From an uncultured Spirochaetota bacterium (GTDB lineage Bacteria; Spirochaetota; Spirochaetia; SZUA-6; Fen-1364), in NCBI GenBank assembly GCA_963845535.1, contig CAWJSK010000013.1, positions 32,001 to 96,000 on the forward strand: 64,000 nt of DNA. Direction: 5' to 3'. The notes beneath the pieces were generated by a model that worked only from the letters and a program-made list of their open reading frames with translations, had not been told where the DNA came from and did not search any database. Positions 47,643-57,348 of this stretch are shown here, in pieces; the stretch's first letter is position 1, and each line of letters starts with the position of its first letter. Made by a program: the position numbers and the translations under genes.

Positions 47643-48872
47643 GTGACAGTCTTGTCAGCGCAGTCCAGGGAGGACGAGGTTTTGGAAGGGGAGCAAAGAC
47701 TTTCAACGGGGCCTGCGCGCGACCTGCGGGAACGCATGCTGACAAGGCTCCTGCAGGTGGTTGCGATCGTCGGGATCATCGCTTATCTGCCGAGCGCCTA
47801 TCTTTCGATCAAGCAGCATGTCTGGCTCGTCCTGGCGGTGGATACGGCGGCGTTCTTGTATGCAATCTGCCTGGCGATTTTCAAGCAGCTCCCGTTTCGC
47901 CTGAGGCTGCTCTCCCTGATCTTCATCGCATATGTCCTCGGTGTCGTCCTGATCATTTTCACCGGCCCTTTCGGAGCCGGGCACCTGTTCATCTTTGCTT
48001 TCGTATTCCTGGTCTCCCTGTTTGGCGGCATCCGGGAAATCGTCCTTGCCAACGCACTGGCCATCCTCACGCACGTCGGATTCACGGCGGCTTCGGCGCT
48101 TCACCTCGTTCCCTGGCCGCAAGGGCCGGAGTCCGTGGTGGTCATTTCGGCGAACTTCATCCTCGTGAGCTTGATCCTCTCGTACTCCGCCAACTACCTC
48201 CTTCGGGGATATGCCTCCAGCGCCTCCGAGGAAAAACGGCTTCGAGAAGCGCTGGAGATGATGCTGAGAGAGATCGAGCACAGGGTGAAGAACAATCTGC
48301 AGGTCATTTCGAGCCTCGTCAGCCTGCGGGGCGGACCGGGGGACGACCCTGCCCGCGCGTTGCAGGATATCAAGGAGACGATTTCCGCCATCTCCGTGGT
48401 GCACCAGCTTCTGTACAGGCGCAGCGCATTCTACCTGGTCGAGCTGAACGCGCTCCTGGACTCCCTGACGCAGCGCTTTCGCAGCCTGGACCGGAGAATC
48501 GACTTCTCCCTCGAATGGAATGGCGCGAAAGCGGAAATCGACGGCGACCGCGCCATCAGCATCGGGCTCCTGATCAATGAGATCGTCATGAACTCCATGA
48601 AGCACGCGTTCCCCCACAGGGAGGAGGGACGCGTCTCGGTCAAAGTGGATTTTGACGCTGGGAACCGCACCATGGAGCTGTCCATCGGGGATGACGGCAG
48701 CGGCATGGCGGAAGAAGCGGCGGTGAAAGAGAAAAACGGAATGAAGATCATCCGCGCCCTGGCCCGGCAGCTTGATGCGAACATGGAGATGACGCGCGCT
48801 CCCGGCGTGACCTATCGGTTTCGGATGAAGATTGATCAACCGGAGGCCCAGCTCGCGGGGGCGCAAGCGTAG
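47643..48872 (+). CDS. Membrane sensor histidine kinase (HisKA_2 type)
   Basis: EIEHRVKNNLQ, INEIVMNSMKHAF, DDGSG. Confidence 0.9.
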   Translation: MTVLSAQSREDEVLEGEQRLSTGPARDLRERMLTRLLQVVAIVGIIAYLPSAYLSIKQHVWLVLAVDTAAFLYAICLAIFKQLPFRLRLLSLIFIAYVLGVVLIIFTGPFGAGHLFIFAFVFLVSLFGGIREIVLANALAILTHVGFTAASALHLVPWPQGPESVVVISANFILVSLILSYSANYLLRGYASSASEEKRLREALEMMLREIEHRVKNNLQVISSLVSLRGGPGDDPARALQDIKETISAISVVHQLLYRRSAFYLVELNALLDSLTQRFRSLDRRIDFSLEWNGAKAEIDGDRAISIGLLINEIVMNSMKHAFPHREEGRVSVKVDFDAGNRTMELSIGDDGSGMAEEAAVKEKNGMKIIRALARQLDANMEMTRAPGVTYRFRMKIDQPEAQLAGAQA

Positions 48873-48945
48873 CTGGCGGGAGGAGAAGCGCAGACGGTAT
48901 TGCCCGCCCCGGAAGCAGGGGGCTTTGCGGCCCTTCTTTCATTGG

Positions 48946-49689
48946 GTGGCCTCTCAAGAGAAAGCTGGTCTTCCTATACGACAATGGATCCAGGAAGAGC
49001 AACCTCGATCCCTCCTTCAGTCGGTTGGCGCCGAAGCGCTTACTCCCGCAAAGCTTCTTGCAATCATCCTGCGGACGGGGACGCCGGGCGTGAGCGCGGA
49101 GGAATTGTCGCGGCGGCTGCTGAACCGCTACAAAGGGCTGCGAGGAATGGACACCGCGTCCATTGAGGAGTTGTGCGCCTTTGTCGGAATCGGCCGCGCC
49201 AAGGCTTCCCAGCTCAAAGCGGCCTTCGAGATCGGGAAAAGGCTCTGCCGAGAAAGAGCGAGAATGCGCGAACATATCGAAACCGCGCGCCAGGCGGCTG
49301 AGTACGCGGCTTCCTACTACGGCCCCTCCCTGCGGGACGCCCGGCATGAAGCGCTTTGCGCCATCTTCCTGGACGGAGGGGGCACCCCCCTTCGCTCAGC
49401 GGAGCTCTGTCGGGGCGGGTCACATTCCGTGGCTGCGGATCCCCATCAGATTGTCAGGCAAGCAATCATGCTGCGCGCGCTCTCAGTCATTCTTGTTCAT
49501 AATCATCCCTGCGGCCGCTCGGAACCCTCAGCGGATGACATCTCCTTTACCGATGCGGTGAATGACGCCTGTACGTTGTTCGGTATTCGCCTTTTGGACC
49601 ACCTCATAATCGGCAGGAACAAGAAAAACCAATTCAGTTTTGCAAAAGCAGGCTTGATCTACACCGCTCCAAGGTCGTCACCTGAATGA
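48946..49689 (+). CDS. radC: RadC/JAB protein
   Basis: LLAIILRTG, GIGRAKA, VHNHPCGRSEPSADD, LLDHLIIG. Confidence 0.9.
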   Translation: MASQEKAGLPIRQWIQEEQPRSLLQSVGAEALTPAKLLAIILRTGTPGVSAEELSRRLLNRYKGLRGMDTASIEELCAFVGIGRAKASQLKAAFEIGKRLCRERARMREHIETARQAAEYAASYYGPSLRDARHEALCAIFLDGGGTPLRSAELCRGGSHSVAADPHQIVRQAIMLRALSVILVHNHPCGRSEPSADDISFTDAVNDACTLFGIRLLDHLIIGRNKKNQFSFAKAGLIYTAPRSSPE

Positions 49690-50048
49690 GGAGCCCTGCC
49701 GTCCCGCAGAAATCTCTCGAGCGCCTTGGCCAGGTCCTCGAAAGAAAATGGCTTTTGCAGCCAGAGGTCGACCGCTGAAGGTTTCTCAAGGGACTGAAAC
49801 CGCCCAGACATAAGCACAAGCACGGTGTCAGCGGACGCGCTCCGCACAATTGCTGCCAGTTCGCAGCCGTTCATCCCCGGCAGGTCATAGTCGGAAACGA
49901 TCAGGTCATACCGCTTCTGGTTCGCCATGGCAAGCGCCTCCTCCGCGCTGGCCGCTGATTCATGATCGCAATCCAGACTATCGAAGAAGCGCGAGATGAT
50001 ATAGCGGATGCCTGGTTCGTCATCTACAATAAGGACTTTCTTTCTCAC
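49659..50048 (-). CDS. Single-domain response regulator
   Basis: VLIVDDEP, IVSDYDLPGMNG, LQKPF. Confidence 0.88.
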   Translation of the reverse strand: MRKKVLIVDDEPGIRYIISRFFDSLDCDHESAASAEEALAMANQKRYDLIVSDYDLPGMNGCELAAIVRSASADTVLVLMSGRFQSLEKPSAVDLWLQKPFSFEDLAKALERFLRDGRAPHSGDDLGAV

Positions 50049-50165
50049 CGAAGAACTCTCACAAAGTAGTATACAACTCTGGGTGGCATATAGCAAACAG
50101 AAATACAACCAAGAGTTGGTAGATGAGCGTGCGGAAAATGGATAGGTTGGCCGGCAGAGATCGCA

Positions 50166-50555
50166 GTGCAATCTGTTAGAATCGGCCACAGGATAAAGTA
50201 TTACCGTCAGCGCCAGGGGATCACTCAGATGGAGCTGGCGGAACGCATAGGAGTCTCCTATCAACAAGTCCAGAAGTATGAAAATGATCGCAGTCAAATT
50301 ACGCTCCAACGCCTCTATGGCATAGCGGATGCTCTTGAAACGAGCGTGCTTTCTCTCTTGGCAGAAGGAGGCGCTGGCCGCGTGTCCGAGAAACAAAGCG
50401 CATACACGCCCCAAGGCGGTCGAGTGGGCAAGACGTCTCGCGAGCAACAACTCCTGCTCCAGCTTTTTTCCAGGATCAGCAATCCCAAGCTCCGGCGCTG
50501 CATTCTGGGGCTGCTGGAAAGTATCGCAGAACAGCGCGCGGGACGAAGGGCGTGA
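50166..50555 (+). CDS. XRE HTH regulator
   Basis: GITQMELAERIGVSYQQVQKYE. Confidence 0.88.
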   Translation: MQSVRIGHRIKYYRQRQGITQMELAERIGVSYQQVQKYENDRSQITLQRLYGIADALETSVLSLLAEGGAGRVSEKQSAYTPQGGRVGKTSREQQLLLQLFSRISNPKLRRCILGLLESIAEQRAGRRA

Positions 50556-50642
50556 TACCTCCCGCGGGCGCGCGGGTAGGTGCGGTCAGCCCCGGTTCTC
50601 AGCTCCGCTCGCAGGGACCCGAGTGCCAGGAGAGTGTCCGCA

Positions 50643-51566
50643 TCAGCCTTTGACCGCGCCTGCCGTGACGCCTTTTGTGATCTGCTTGTAGAAGGCGACG
50701 TAGAAAATCAGCATGGGCGCCATTCCAATCACGAGCGCCGCGAACTGCTTGCCGTAGTCCGAGGTGAGGCTTCCGCTGAAGCGGAAGACCCCCAGGGGCA
50801 GGGATTTCAGCTCCGTCTTGGACACAAGGATGTTGATGAGCGCGAACTCGTTCCACAGATACGTGATGTTGAGGATGGCAACCGTTGTTGCAATAGGCAC
50901 CGCCATGGGAAGGATGATCCAGCGGAAAATCTTGAAATACGTAGCGCCGTCTATCCGGGCCGCCTCAAGGAGGGCGTTCGGAATGCCCTTGATGTACTCG
51001 GTGCTCAAGTAGATTGCGGTAGGCAGGCCGGAGCCGATATAGATGAGGAGCACGCCAATGCGACTGTCATAGAAGATGTGGAGGCTGCCGCCTTTCATGA
51101 GGCCGAGGACGGTGAAGAAGTCCGTGAGAAGCTTGTCCAACTGGGAGACCTCGATGAACAGAGGCACCATGAGGGACTGGATGGAGATGAGGATTCCCAG
51201 AACGAAGCTTCCATAAAGTACGGGCGTTGCCCGGGACTTGATTTTCGCGAAAGCGAAGCCCGCAAGGATGGAGAAGAAGATGATCCCGACCGTGCCTCCG
51301 ATGGTATAGATGAAAGAGTTGGCAATGAGCTTGTTGAACTCCCCGAGGTTCCACGCGCCGGGGAAGTTGATCAGCGTCCAGACGTGAGGGAAGCCCACGC
51401 GGTTGGTGCGGAACTCCGTGGTGCTCTTGAAAGAGCTGATGGTGAGCCAGACAAGCGGCGCAATGGTCATCAAGGCGAAAATGCCCATGACCAGGTAGGC
51501 CGCAGTCTTTGCGGAGATTCCCGCAATCTGCCGTGCCAGGGGGTTTCTGAGTGAATCAGCCACCAC
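50643..51566 (-). CDS. Carbohydrate ABC permease (MalG-like)
   Basis: EAARIDGA, WNEF, GVTAGAVKG. Confidence 0.93.
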   Translation of the reverse strand: MVADSLRNPLARQIAGISAKTAAYLVMGIFALMTIAPLVWLTISSFKSTTEFRTNRVGFPHVWTLINFPGAWNLGEFNKLIANSFIYTIGGTVGIIFFSILAGFAFAKIKSRATPVLYGSFVLGILISIQSLMVPLFIEVSQLDKLLTDFFTVLGLMKGGSLHIFYDSRIGVLLIYIGSGLPTAIYLSTEYIKGIPNALLEAARIDGATYFKIFRWIILPMAVPIATTVAILNITYLWNEFALINILVSKTELKSLPLGVFRFSGSLTSDYGKQFAALVIGMAPMLIFYVAFYKQITKGVTAGAVKG

Positions 51567-52688
51567 TTACTCCTTCCCCCCGTAGCGCCGTTCCGCGAGC
51601 TTTGTGGCGACAATGAGGATCATGCTGAGGAGGACAATGCACAACGCAATGGCGTTGGCAAGGGGATAATTGGGCGCTCCCACGAACGCCGCGTTGTACT
51701 GGTAAATGGAAAGCAGCTCCGTGACGCGGGCGGGCCCGCCGCCGGTCATGGCGTAGATGAGCGCGAAGCTGTTGAGCGACCCCGCTATTGCGAGGATGGC
51801 CGCGTTGACGATCACTCCCGAAAGACTGGGCAGGACCACGCGGCCCATGATCTGGCCCTCAGAAGCGCCGTCTATCCGCGCCGCCTCGATGACGCCGTTG
51901 TCGATCTTCTGCATGTTGGCGAGGAAAAGGATCAGGTACATGCCCGTCCAGCACCACAGCACCACGAAAAGGATGGGGAGCATTGCGACATCCGGTTTTG
52001 TCAGGAACGTGGGAGTCCACTTGGTGCCGAGGAGGTTCACCAGGTCATGCTTGAGCGTGCCCAACTGGTCCGGACTGTAGGTGAGAAGGAGGCTCTTCAG
52101 GCCAGTGGTTGGATCCGGAAAAGTCTGGGCTGCCACCGGTCCGCTGATGGTGATGAGCCTCTTCACGAGGTTGTCCGTGATATTGAAGCCTCCCGCCGAG
52201 TCGAAAGCCTGGGAAATCTTGTGGTACAGCGCGTTCCCATTGGATCGGTTGATCACCTCAGCAATCACGCCGCTGGGAGAGAAGATGATGGCCCACATGA
52301 TGCCGATCACGATGACGGAGATGATGGAGGGCATGTAGAGGACACCCTGCCAGAACTCTCCGAACTTGACCACTTTGCGGTAGATGAGGTAGGCGAAGAT
52401 GAAACCAAGGGGAAGCTGGCCGAACACGGACACCAGGACGATGTACATGTTGTTCTTCAAGGCGGACCAGAAGTACGGATCATGGATGAGCCTCTGGTAT
52501 TGCTGGAAACCGACGACGTGCCACGGCTCTCCGCCGAACATCTTGCCGCCGTTGTAGTTGCTGAGGGAAAGGATGACCGAAATGACTATGGGAAAGCCCA
52601 GCACCAAGAGGTAGAGGATCAGGGCCGGGAGGACCATTGTCCAGTAGGCGAGTTTTTCCTCCGACTTACCGCGGATTGTGCGAGCCAA
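51567..52688 (-). CDS. Carbohydrate ABC permease (MalF-like, with an enlarged loop)
   Basis: VGFQQY, EAARIDGA, MTGGGP. Confidence 0.92.
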   Translation of the reverse strand: MARTIRGKSEEKLAYWTMVLPALILYLLVLGFPIVISVILSLSNYNGGKMFGGEPWHVVGFQQYQRLIHDPYFWSALKNNMYIVLVSVFGQLPLGFIFAYLIYRKVVKFGEFWQGVLYMPSIISVIVIGIMWAIIFSPSGVIAEVINRSNGNALYHKISQAFDSAGGFNITDNLVKRLITISGPVAAQTFPDPTTGLKSLLLTYSPDQLGTLKHDLVNLLGTKWTPTFLTKPDVAMLPILFVVLWCWTGMYLILFLANMQKIDNGVIEAARIDGASEGQIMGRVVLPSLSGVIVNAAILAIAGSLNSFALIYAMTGGGPARVTELLSIYQYNAAFVGAPNYPLANAIALCIVLLSMILIVATKLAERRYGGKE

Positions 52689-52711
52689 CGCCAGCCTCCC
52701 TTTCCCTGACA

Positions 52712-52747
52712 GAAAAACGGGTGCCCGGCGCGAGGCCGGACACCCGT
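52712..52747 (-). terminator. Stem-loop with U-tail after the solute-binding protein gene
   Basis: ACGGGTGTCCGGCCTCGCGCCGGGCACCCGTTTTT on the minus strand. Confidence 0.6.
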
Positions 52748-52777
52748 ATCATGCAATCACACGCGCATGAGCGCTGT

Positions 52778-54100
52778 CTACTGGGCGGATTGTGAAGACC
52801 GCCAGTCCGCCATGGCTTTCTCGGTCTCCGCGGCTACCTGAGCCGGGGTCTTTGTACCCAGACCGATCTCCTGCAGGCCCTTGTTGACGTAGTTGTTGAC
52901 CACACCGGGATCAAGGACGCCGTCAAGAACGTAGCTGATCTTGTTGATGGAGGCATAGTACTTGGGCATCATCTGGGTGAACGGCTCGAGCTTGTCACTC
53001 GTCACGCCCTTGAGGGTGGGAATGAACGCGCCCGTCTCCAGCTTTATTTTCTGTACGTCGGGAGAGTAGTAGTACTTCAGGAGCCGCACGGCGGCCTTTT
53101 CCCTGTCAGAGCCAGCGGGGACTGCCTTCGCAATGCCAAGGCCGACGCCCGCAATGGCGGAAACCACGCCGGGGTACTTCTCTCCGGGAATGGCCGGGAA
53201 GTTGATGAACGCATAGTCTGAAGCCTGCTTGTCGGGAGGAATGAGCGCCTGGCCGGTGGACTTGTCCGTGATGTAGAAGCCCTGGCGCCAGTCACCGTCC
53301 ACGATCATGGCGGCCTTGCCAGTGGCGAAGAGGTTCGGTCCGTCGCCGTAGCCCAAGGTCATGTCCGCGCGGGGAATCACTCCATCCTTGAACAGGTCGG
53401 AGATGAACGTGAGCGCCGCAACGTAGCCGGGGTCAGTAAACTTGACCTTGCCCGTCTTCACCTTGTCCACCCAGTCGTTGCCCAGCATGCGGCCGACCAC
53501 CGTGGAGAAGAGACAGGACTGCATCTGCCAGCCGTCTCCGTCCGGGAGCGTGATGACCTGGACTCCCTTTGCCTTGAGGGCGGGAACCATCTTCTTGAGG
53601 TCTGCGTACGTTTTGGGAAGCCCGAAGCCTGCGTCAGCGAGGAGCTTCTTGTTGGCGTAGACCACCGTGGTGTAGGTGACGCTCTGGGGAAGCTCCGCAA
53701 GGTACCCGGAAGCCTGCTGCTTGGGATCAAGAGCGACTGGCACGAAGTTTGAGAGGAACTCCCTGCCCAAGAGCGGGGTCAGGTCCTTCATGAGGTGCAT
53801 CTCGTGGAGGATGGCTGAGCTGGACTTTTCAGAAGGCCACATGTAGATGACGTCAGGAATATTACCGGCCGCGATATAAGCGCCAAGCTTCTCATGGTAC
53901 GGATTGTTGAACAGGATCTCCATCTGGAGATCGATGTCCGGGTTGTCGTCCTTGAATTTCTGCCAGATTGCCTGGTCCTCCGCGTAGCCTGTCTGCGACG
54001 CATCGATGTAATAGAGGAATCTGAGCGGAATCTTGTCTGCGCTGACGTTCAATCCCACAAAGACCAGCAGCGCGAGCGCAATGAAAAGAAACTTCTTCAT
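52778..54100 (-). CDS. Sugar ABC solute-binding protein
   Basis: Signal peptide, PDVIYMW, FATGKAAMIVDGDW. Confidence 0.92.
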   Translation of the reverse strand: MKKFLFIALALLVFVGLNVSADKIPLRFLYYIDASQTGYAEDQAIWQKFKDDNPDIDLQMEILFNNPYHEKLGAYIAAGNIPDVIYMWPSEKSSSAILHEMHLMKDLTPLLGREFLSNFVPVALDPKQQASGYLAELPQSVTYTTVVYANKKLLADAGFGLPKTYADLKKMVPALKAKGVQVITLPDGDGWQMQSCLFSTVVGRMLGNDWVDKVKTGKVKFTDPGYVAALTFISDLFKDGVIPRADMTLGYGDGPNLFATGKAAMIVDGDWRQGFYITDKSTGQALIPPDKQASDYAFINFPAIPGEKYPGVVSAIAGVGLGIAKAVPAGSDREKAAVRLLKYYYSPDVQKIKLETGAFIPTLKGVTSDKLEPFTQMMPKYYASINKISYVLDGVLDPGVVNNYVNKGLQEIGLGTKTPAQVAAETEKAMADWRSSQSAQ

Positions 54101-54305
54101 AGCGCCAACCTCCTTGAAAGTCTTTTGACCCCCTCAACGAGGGGATTTTCCAGAGCCAGTACATAGAGTGACTGAGTTGATTGATTACTCAAACCAACGT
54201 CATCGTCTCATGATATCCGGTGGTTGTCAAGAAAAATCTTTGCAGAATTGTGTTGTTGATGTTGCTCAATCCTTATGATACGGTGGTTGGGAGAAGCAAT
54301 CTACA

Positions 54306-55448
54306 ATGAAGGATATTGATTTCCTCATAGATAAGAGTCAGGCCTCAATCAACCTGCACCGCGTTGTGCGCGCCGTATGGGTGAACTCCGGAGTGAGCAG
54401 AAGCTGGCTCGCCGGCGCGTTGGGACTGGACAAATCCACGGTGACGAAGATCGTTGCCGAGCTCCTGAAGCGCGGCATCATCGAGGAGTCCGCGGAAGGG
54501 GAAGCGGGACAGCGCGGCGGGAGAAAGCCCGTCTACCTGTCCATAAAGCGCGACTTCGGGTGCGTCCTGGGACTGGAAATCCAGACCGAGCGGTACACGG
54601 CCACTGCCATCGACCTGGATGGCGGCGTGCTGTATTCCCGTTCCGCGCCTTTCTCCCTGGACGGAAAGCAAATCCCCTCGGTCTTCATGGATATCGTCAG
54701 TGAGGTGACCGGTGATCTGGAAGCCCGCGGACTGCAGCTCCTCGGCCTCGGGGTGGGGCTGTCAGGTCTCGTGGATTCCGAGCGCGGCGTCATCCGTCAG
54801 TCCCTTCCTCTGGGGATCACCTCCCCCTTGGACTTCTATTCCTCCAGCGCCCGGCTTCTCGGCGTGCCGCTGTGCGTGGACAATGACGCAAACTGCGGCT
54901 GTTGGGCGGAGCTGATCCGGAACCGAAAGGCTCAGCCCCGAGAGTTCCTTTTCCTGCTGGGGGAGTTCCGCAAGGAACGCGTGGCGGACGCCAACGGCGG
55001 GGGAGTATCCGTAGGCATGGGGCTCGTTATTGGCGGCCGCGTGCACCTGGGGGCCAACAGCTCCGCCGGAGAGTTTCGAAGCATCTTCAGGGTCTCGGAA
55101 ACCAAGAGCCAGTTCTCCCTTCCGCAGGACACCTTGCGAAGGGCTGAGGGAGAAGAAGAAGCCTTCCGCCAGGTGGCGGTCGAGCTTTCACGCAACCTCG
55201 CCCTCCTCGTGAACACGCTGGACCTTTCCCGCGTCTTCATTGGCGGCAGCATCGAGAAGTATCGCAGCGTCCTTATTCCCATCCTCGAGGAACAGATCCA
55301 GGGCAACTGGCCGTATGGAAAGAAAAACGTGATCATCGAGCTTTCGGAGCTCGGTGAGCTGGTGGTTGCCTATGGAGCCGCGGCAATGTTCCTGGAACGT
55401 CTCTTCGGACTGCCCGCCATCCAGGATGCCGCAACCCCTGATGATTGA
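54306..55448 (+). CDS. ROK-family transcriptional regulator
   Basis: SRSWLA..LDKSTVT HTH, GGRKP, VDNDAN, AGEF. Confidence 0.9.
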   Translation: MKDIDFLIDKSQASINLHRVVRAVWVNSGVSRSWLAGALGLDKSTVTKIVAELLKRGIIEESAEGEAGQRGGRKPVYLSIKRDFGCVLGLEIQTERYTATAIDLDGGVLYSRSAPFSLDGKQIPSVFMDIVSEVTGDLEARGLQLLGLGVGLSGLVDSERGVIRQSLPLGITSPLDFYSSSARLLGVPLCVDNDANCGCWAELIRNRKAQPREFLFLLGEFRKERVADANGGGVSVGMGLVIGGRVHLGANSSAGEFRSIFRVSETKSQFSLPQDTLRRAEGEEEAFRQVAVELSRNLALLVNTLDLSRVFIGGSIEKYRSVLIPILEEQIQGNWPYGKKNVIIELSELGELVVAYGAAAMFLERLFGLPAIQDAATPDD

Positions 55449-55486
55449 CGCTCTTGCCGACGACCCGTCCGGACCTCGACTATCGA

Positions 55487-56329
55487 CTATCCCTTGACTG
55501 ATCCCGCCGTCATTCCCGCCAGGAAATATCGCTGGGCAACAAGGTAAAGAATCAGGATGGGGAGGGATCCCAGCATGCTCATGGCCATCATCTGGTTCCA
55601 TTCATAGGCATGCTGCCCCATGAGGAGCTGGATCCCAACGGGCACCGTGCGCATCTCCGTGGACTTGGTGAGCGTCAGCGCAAAGAGGAACTCGTTCCAT
55701 GCAAGGAGGAACGTGTAGATGGCGGTTGCCACGACGCCCGGCACGGACGTGGGCACGATCACGCGCCACAGCGCAAAGAAGCTTGACCCGCCGTCAACCA
55801 TCACGGCCTCATCCAGCTCCCGCGGCACGGTATTGAAGTACCCCGTCATCATCAGGATGGCATAGGGTAGTGTGAACACCATGTAGGTGAAGATCAACGC
55901 GAAATACGTGTTGTACATCCTGAATGCCACCACCAGCCCGAAGTAAGGGATCATGAGCGTGATAGGCGGGACCGTCTGCGTGCTGATGATGAAGAGGTTC
56001 AAAGGCTTCTTCAGCCGGAAGGTGTAGCGGCTGAAGCCATACCCCGACAGGATGGCTACAAAAAGCGTGAGGAGAGTGACTACGCCTGCAACGAGATAGC
56101 TGTTGAGAAAGAACCTGATCTTTGTGGAGCTCGTGAGAATGGCCTGGTAGGCTCCCAGGAAGAAGTGCTTCGGGATGACGTGCGGCGGGAGGGAAAAGAT
56201 CTCCGTATTGTTCTTGAGGGAGGCGGAGAGCATCCACAGCACGGGGAAGGCCGCAAAGACAAGGCCAATGGCCAGCGCGATATAGGTGAGCGTGGGGGCA
56301 ATCCACTTCCCTCGGACGGTAGCCGTCAT
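55487..56329 (-). CDS. Carbohydrate ABC permease
   Basis: ELDEAVMVDG, AWNEFLFAL, GMTAGSVKG. Confidence 0.93.
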   Translation of the reverse strand: MTATVRGKWIAPTLTYIALAIGLVFAAFPVLWMLSASLKNNTEIFSLPPHVIPKHFFLGAYQAILTSSTKIRFFLNSYLVAGVVTLLTLFVAILSGYGFSRYTFRLKKPLNLFIISTQTVPPITLMIPYFGLVVAFRMYNTYFALIFTYMVFTLPYAILMMTGYFNTVPRELDEAVMVDGGSSFFALWRVIVPTSVPGVVATAIYTFLLAWNEFLFALTLTKSTEMRTVPVGIQLLMGQHAYEWNQMMAMSMLGSLPILILYLVAQRYFLAGMTAGSVKG

Positions 56330-56332
56330 ATT

Positions 56333-57259
56333 CTACGCCCTCGCTCTCTGTTGTCTGACATAGAAGAACGCGACGCACAAGGAGAGAATCAGGACGATAA
56401 CGGCGCTTGCGGAGGCAAGGGAGAACTTGTACGTGCTGAAGGCGAGCTTGTACGTGTAGGTTCCCAACACCTCCGTGACATGGATTGGACCTCCGCCTGT
56501 AGTCATCCACACCAGGGCAAAGATCTGCATTGTCCAGATGAAGTCCAGCATGGCAATACTGAGGATGATGGGCATGAGCTGGGGGACCGTGATGTGGCGG
56601 AACTTCTGCGGTTCGTTGGCTCCGTCAATTGTGGCAGCCTCATACAGATCGTTCGGAATGCCCTGCAGTCCTGCAAGAAGGCTCACCATGTAGAAGGGGT
56701 ACCCTGCCCAGATGTTCACAAACACGAGTGCCTGCATGGCGTTCTCCGGGGAAGAGAACCATCCGTGGTTGACGTTCATGAGGTGCGCGAACTGGAGGGC
56801 GTAGTTCACAATTCCCACGGGGTCCAGGAGCAGCCGCCAGATGATTGCAATGATGGTTGCCGTGAATACCCACGGCATGATGTAGAAGACCCTCAGGATG
56901 CTCCTGATGACGGGGTTGACGGCCCGGGAGTTCAGCAGCAAGGCAAAGCACATCCCGACAAGGAGGTGGAAGACCACGCTCATGACGGTGAAGTACAGCG
57001 TGTTGAACATCGAAGTCCAGAACGTGTCATCCGTGAGCACCGTGAGGTAGTTCTGAAGACCCACGAATGCCGGGTGCCTGTTCATGATGGCGCCATCCAG
57101 AAGGGAATACCGGACAACGGTGATGATGGGGACCACCATGAGCAGCGTCAGGAAGATGATTGTCAGCGCCTGGTACGAGTAAGGGACCAGGGCGCGCCGG
57201 GCTTTCCGGAAAATGGATGCCTGCATGTTCGCAGTCAAGACCGATTCTGACGTTGACAT
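56333..57259 (-). CDS. Carbohydrate ABC permease
   Basis: FVGLQNY, LYEAATIDGA, TTGGGP. Confidence 0.93.
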   Translation of the reverse strand: MSTSESVLTANMQASIFRKARRALVPYSYQALTIIFLTLLMVVPIITVVRYSLLDGAIMNRHPAFVGLQNYLTVLTDDTFWTSMFNTLYFTVMSVVFHLLVGMCFALLLNSRAVNPVIRSILRVFYIMPWVFTATIIAIIWRLLLDPVGIVNYALQFAHLMNVNHGWFSSPENAMQALVFVNIWAGYPFYMVSLLAGLQGIPNDLYEAATIDGANEPQKFRHITVPQLMPIILSIAMLDFIWTMQIFALVWMTTGGGPIHVTEVLGTYTYKLAFSTYKFSLASASAVIVLILSLCVAFFYVRQQRARA

Positions 57260-57291
57260 GGCGAGCCACCTCATTCTACTTGGATGCTGGG

Positions 57292-57325
57292 AAAAAGGCT
57301 ACGCAATACCGCGTATTGCGTAGCC
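57292..57325 (-). terminator. Stem-loop with U-tail after the solute-binding protein gene
   Basis: GGCTACGCAATAC-GCG-GTATTGCGTAGCC-TTTTT on the minus strand. Confidence 0.65.
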
Positions 57326-57348
57326 AAAGGGAGGCAGTGACGGGTGAG

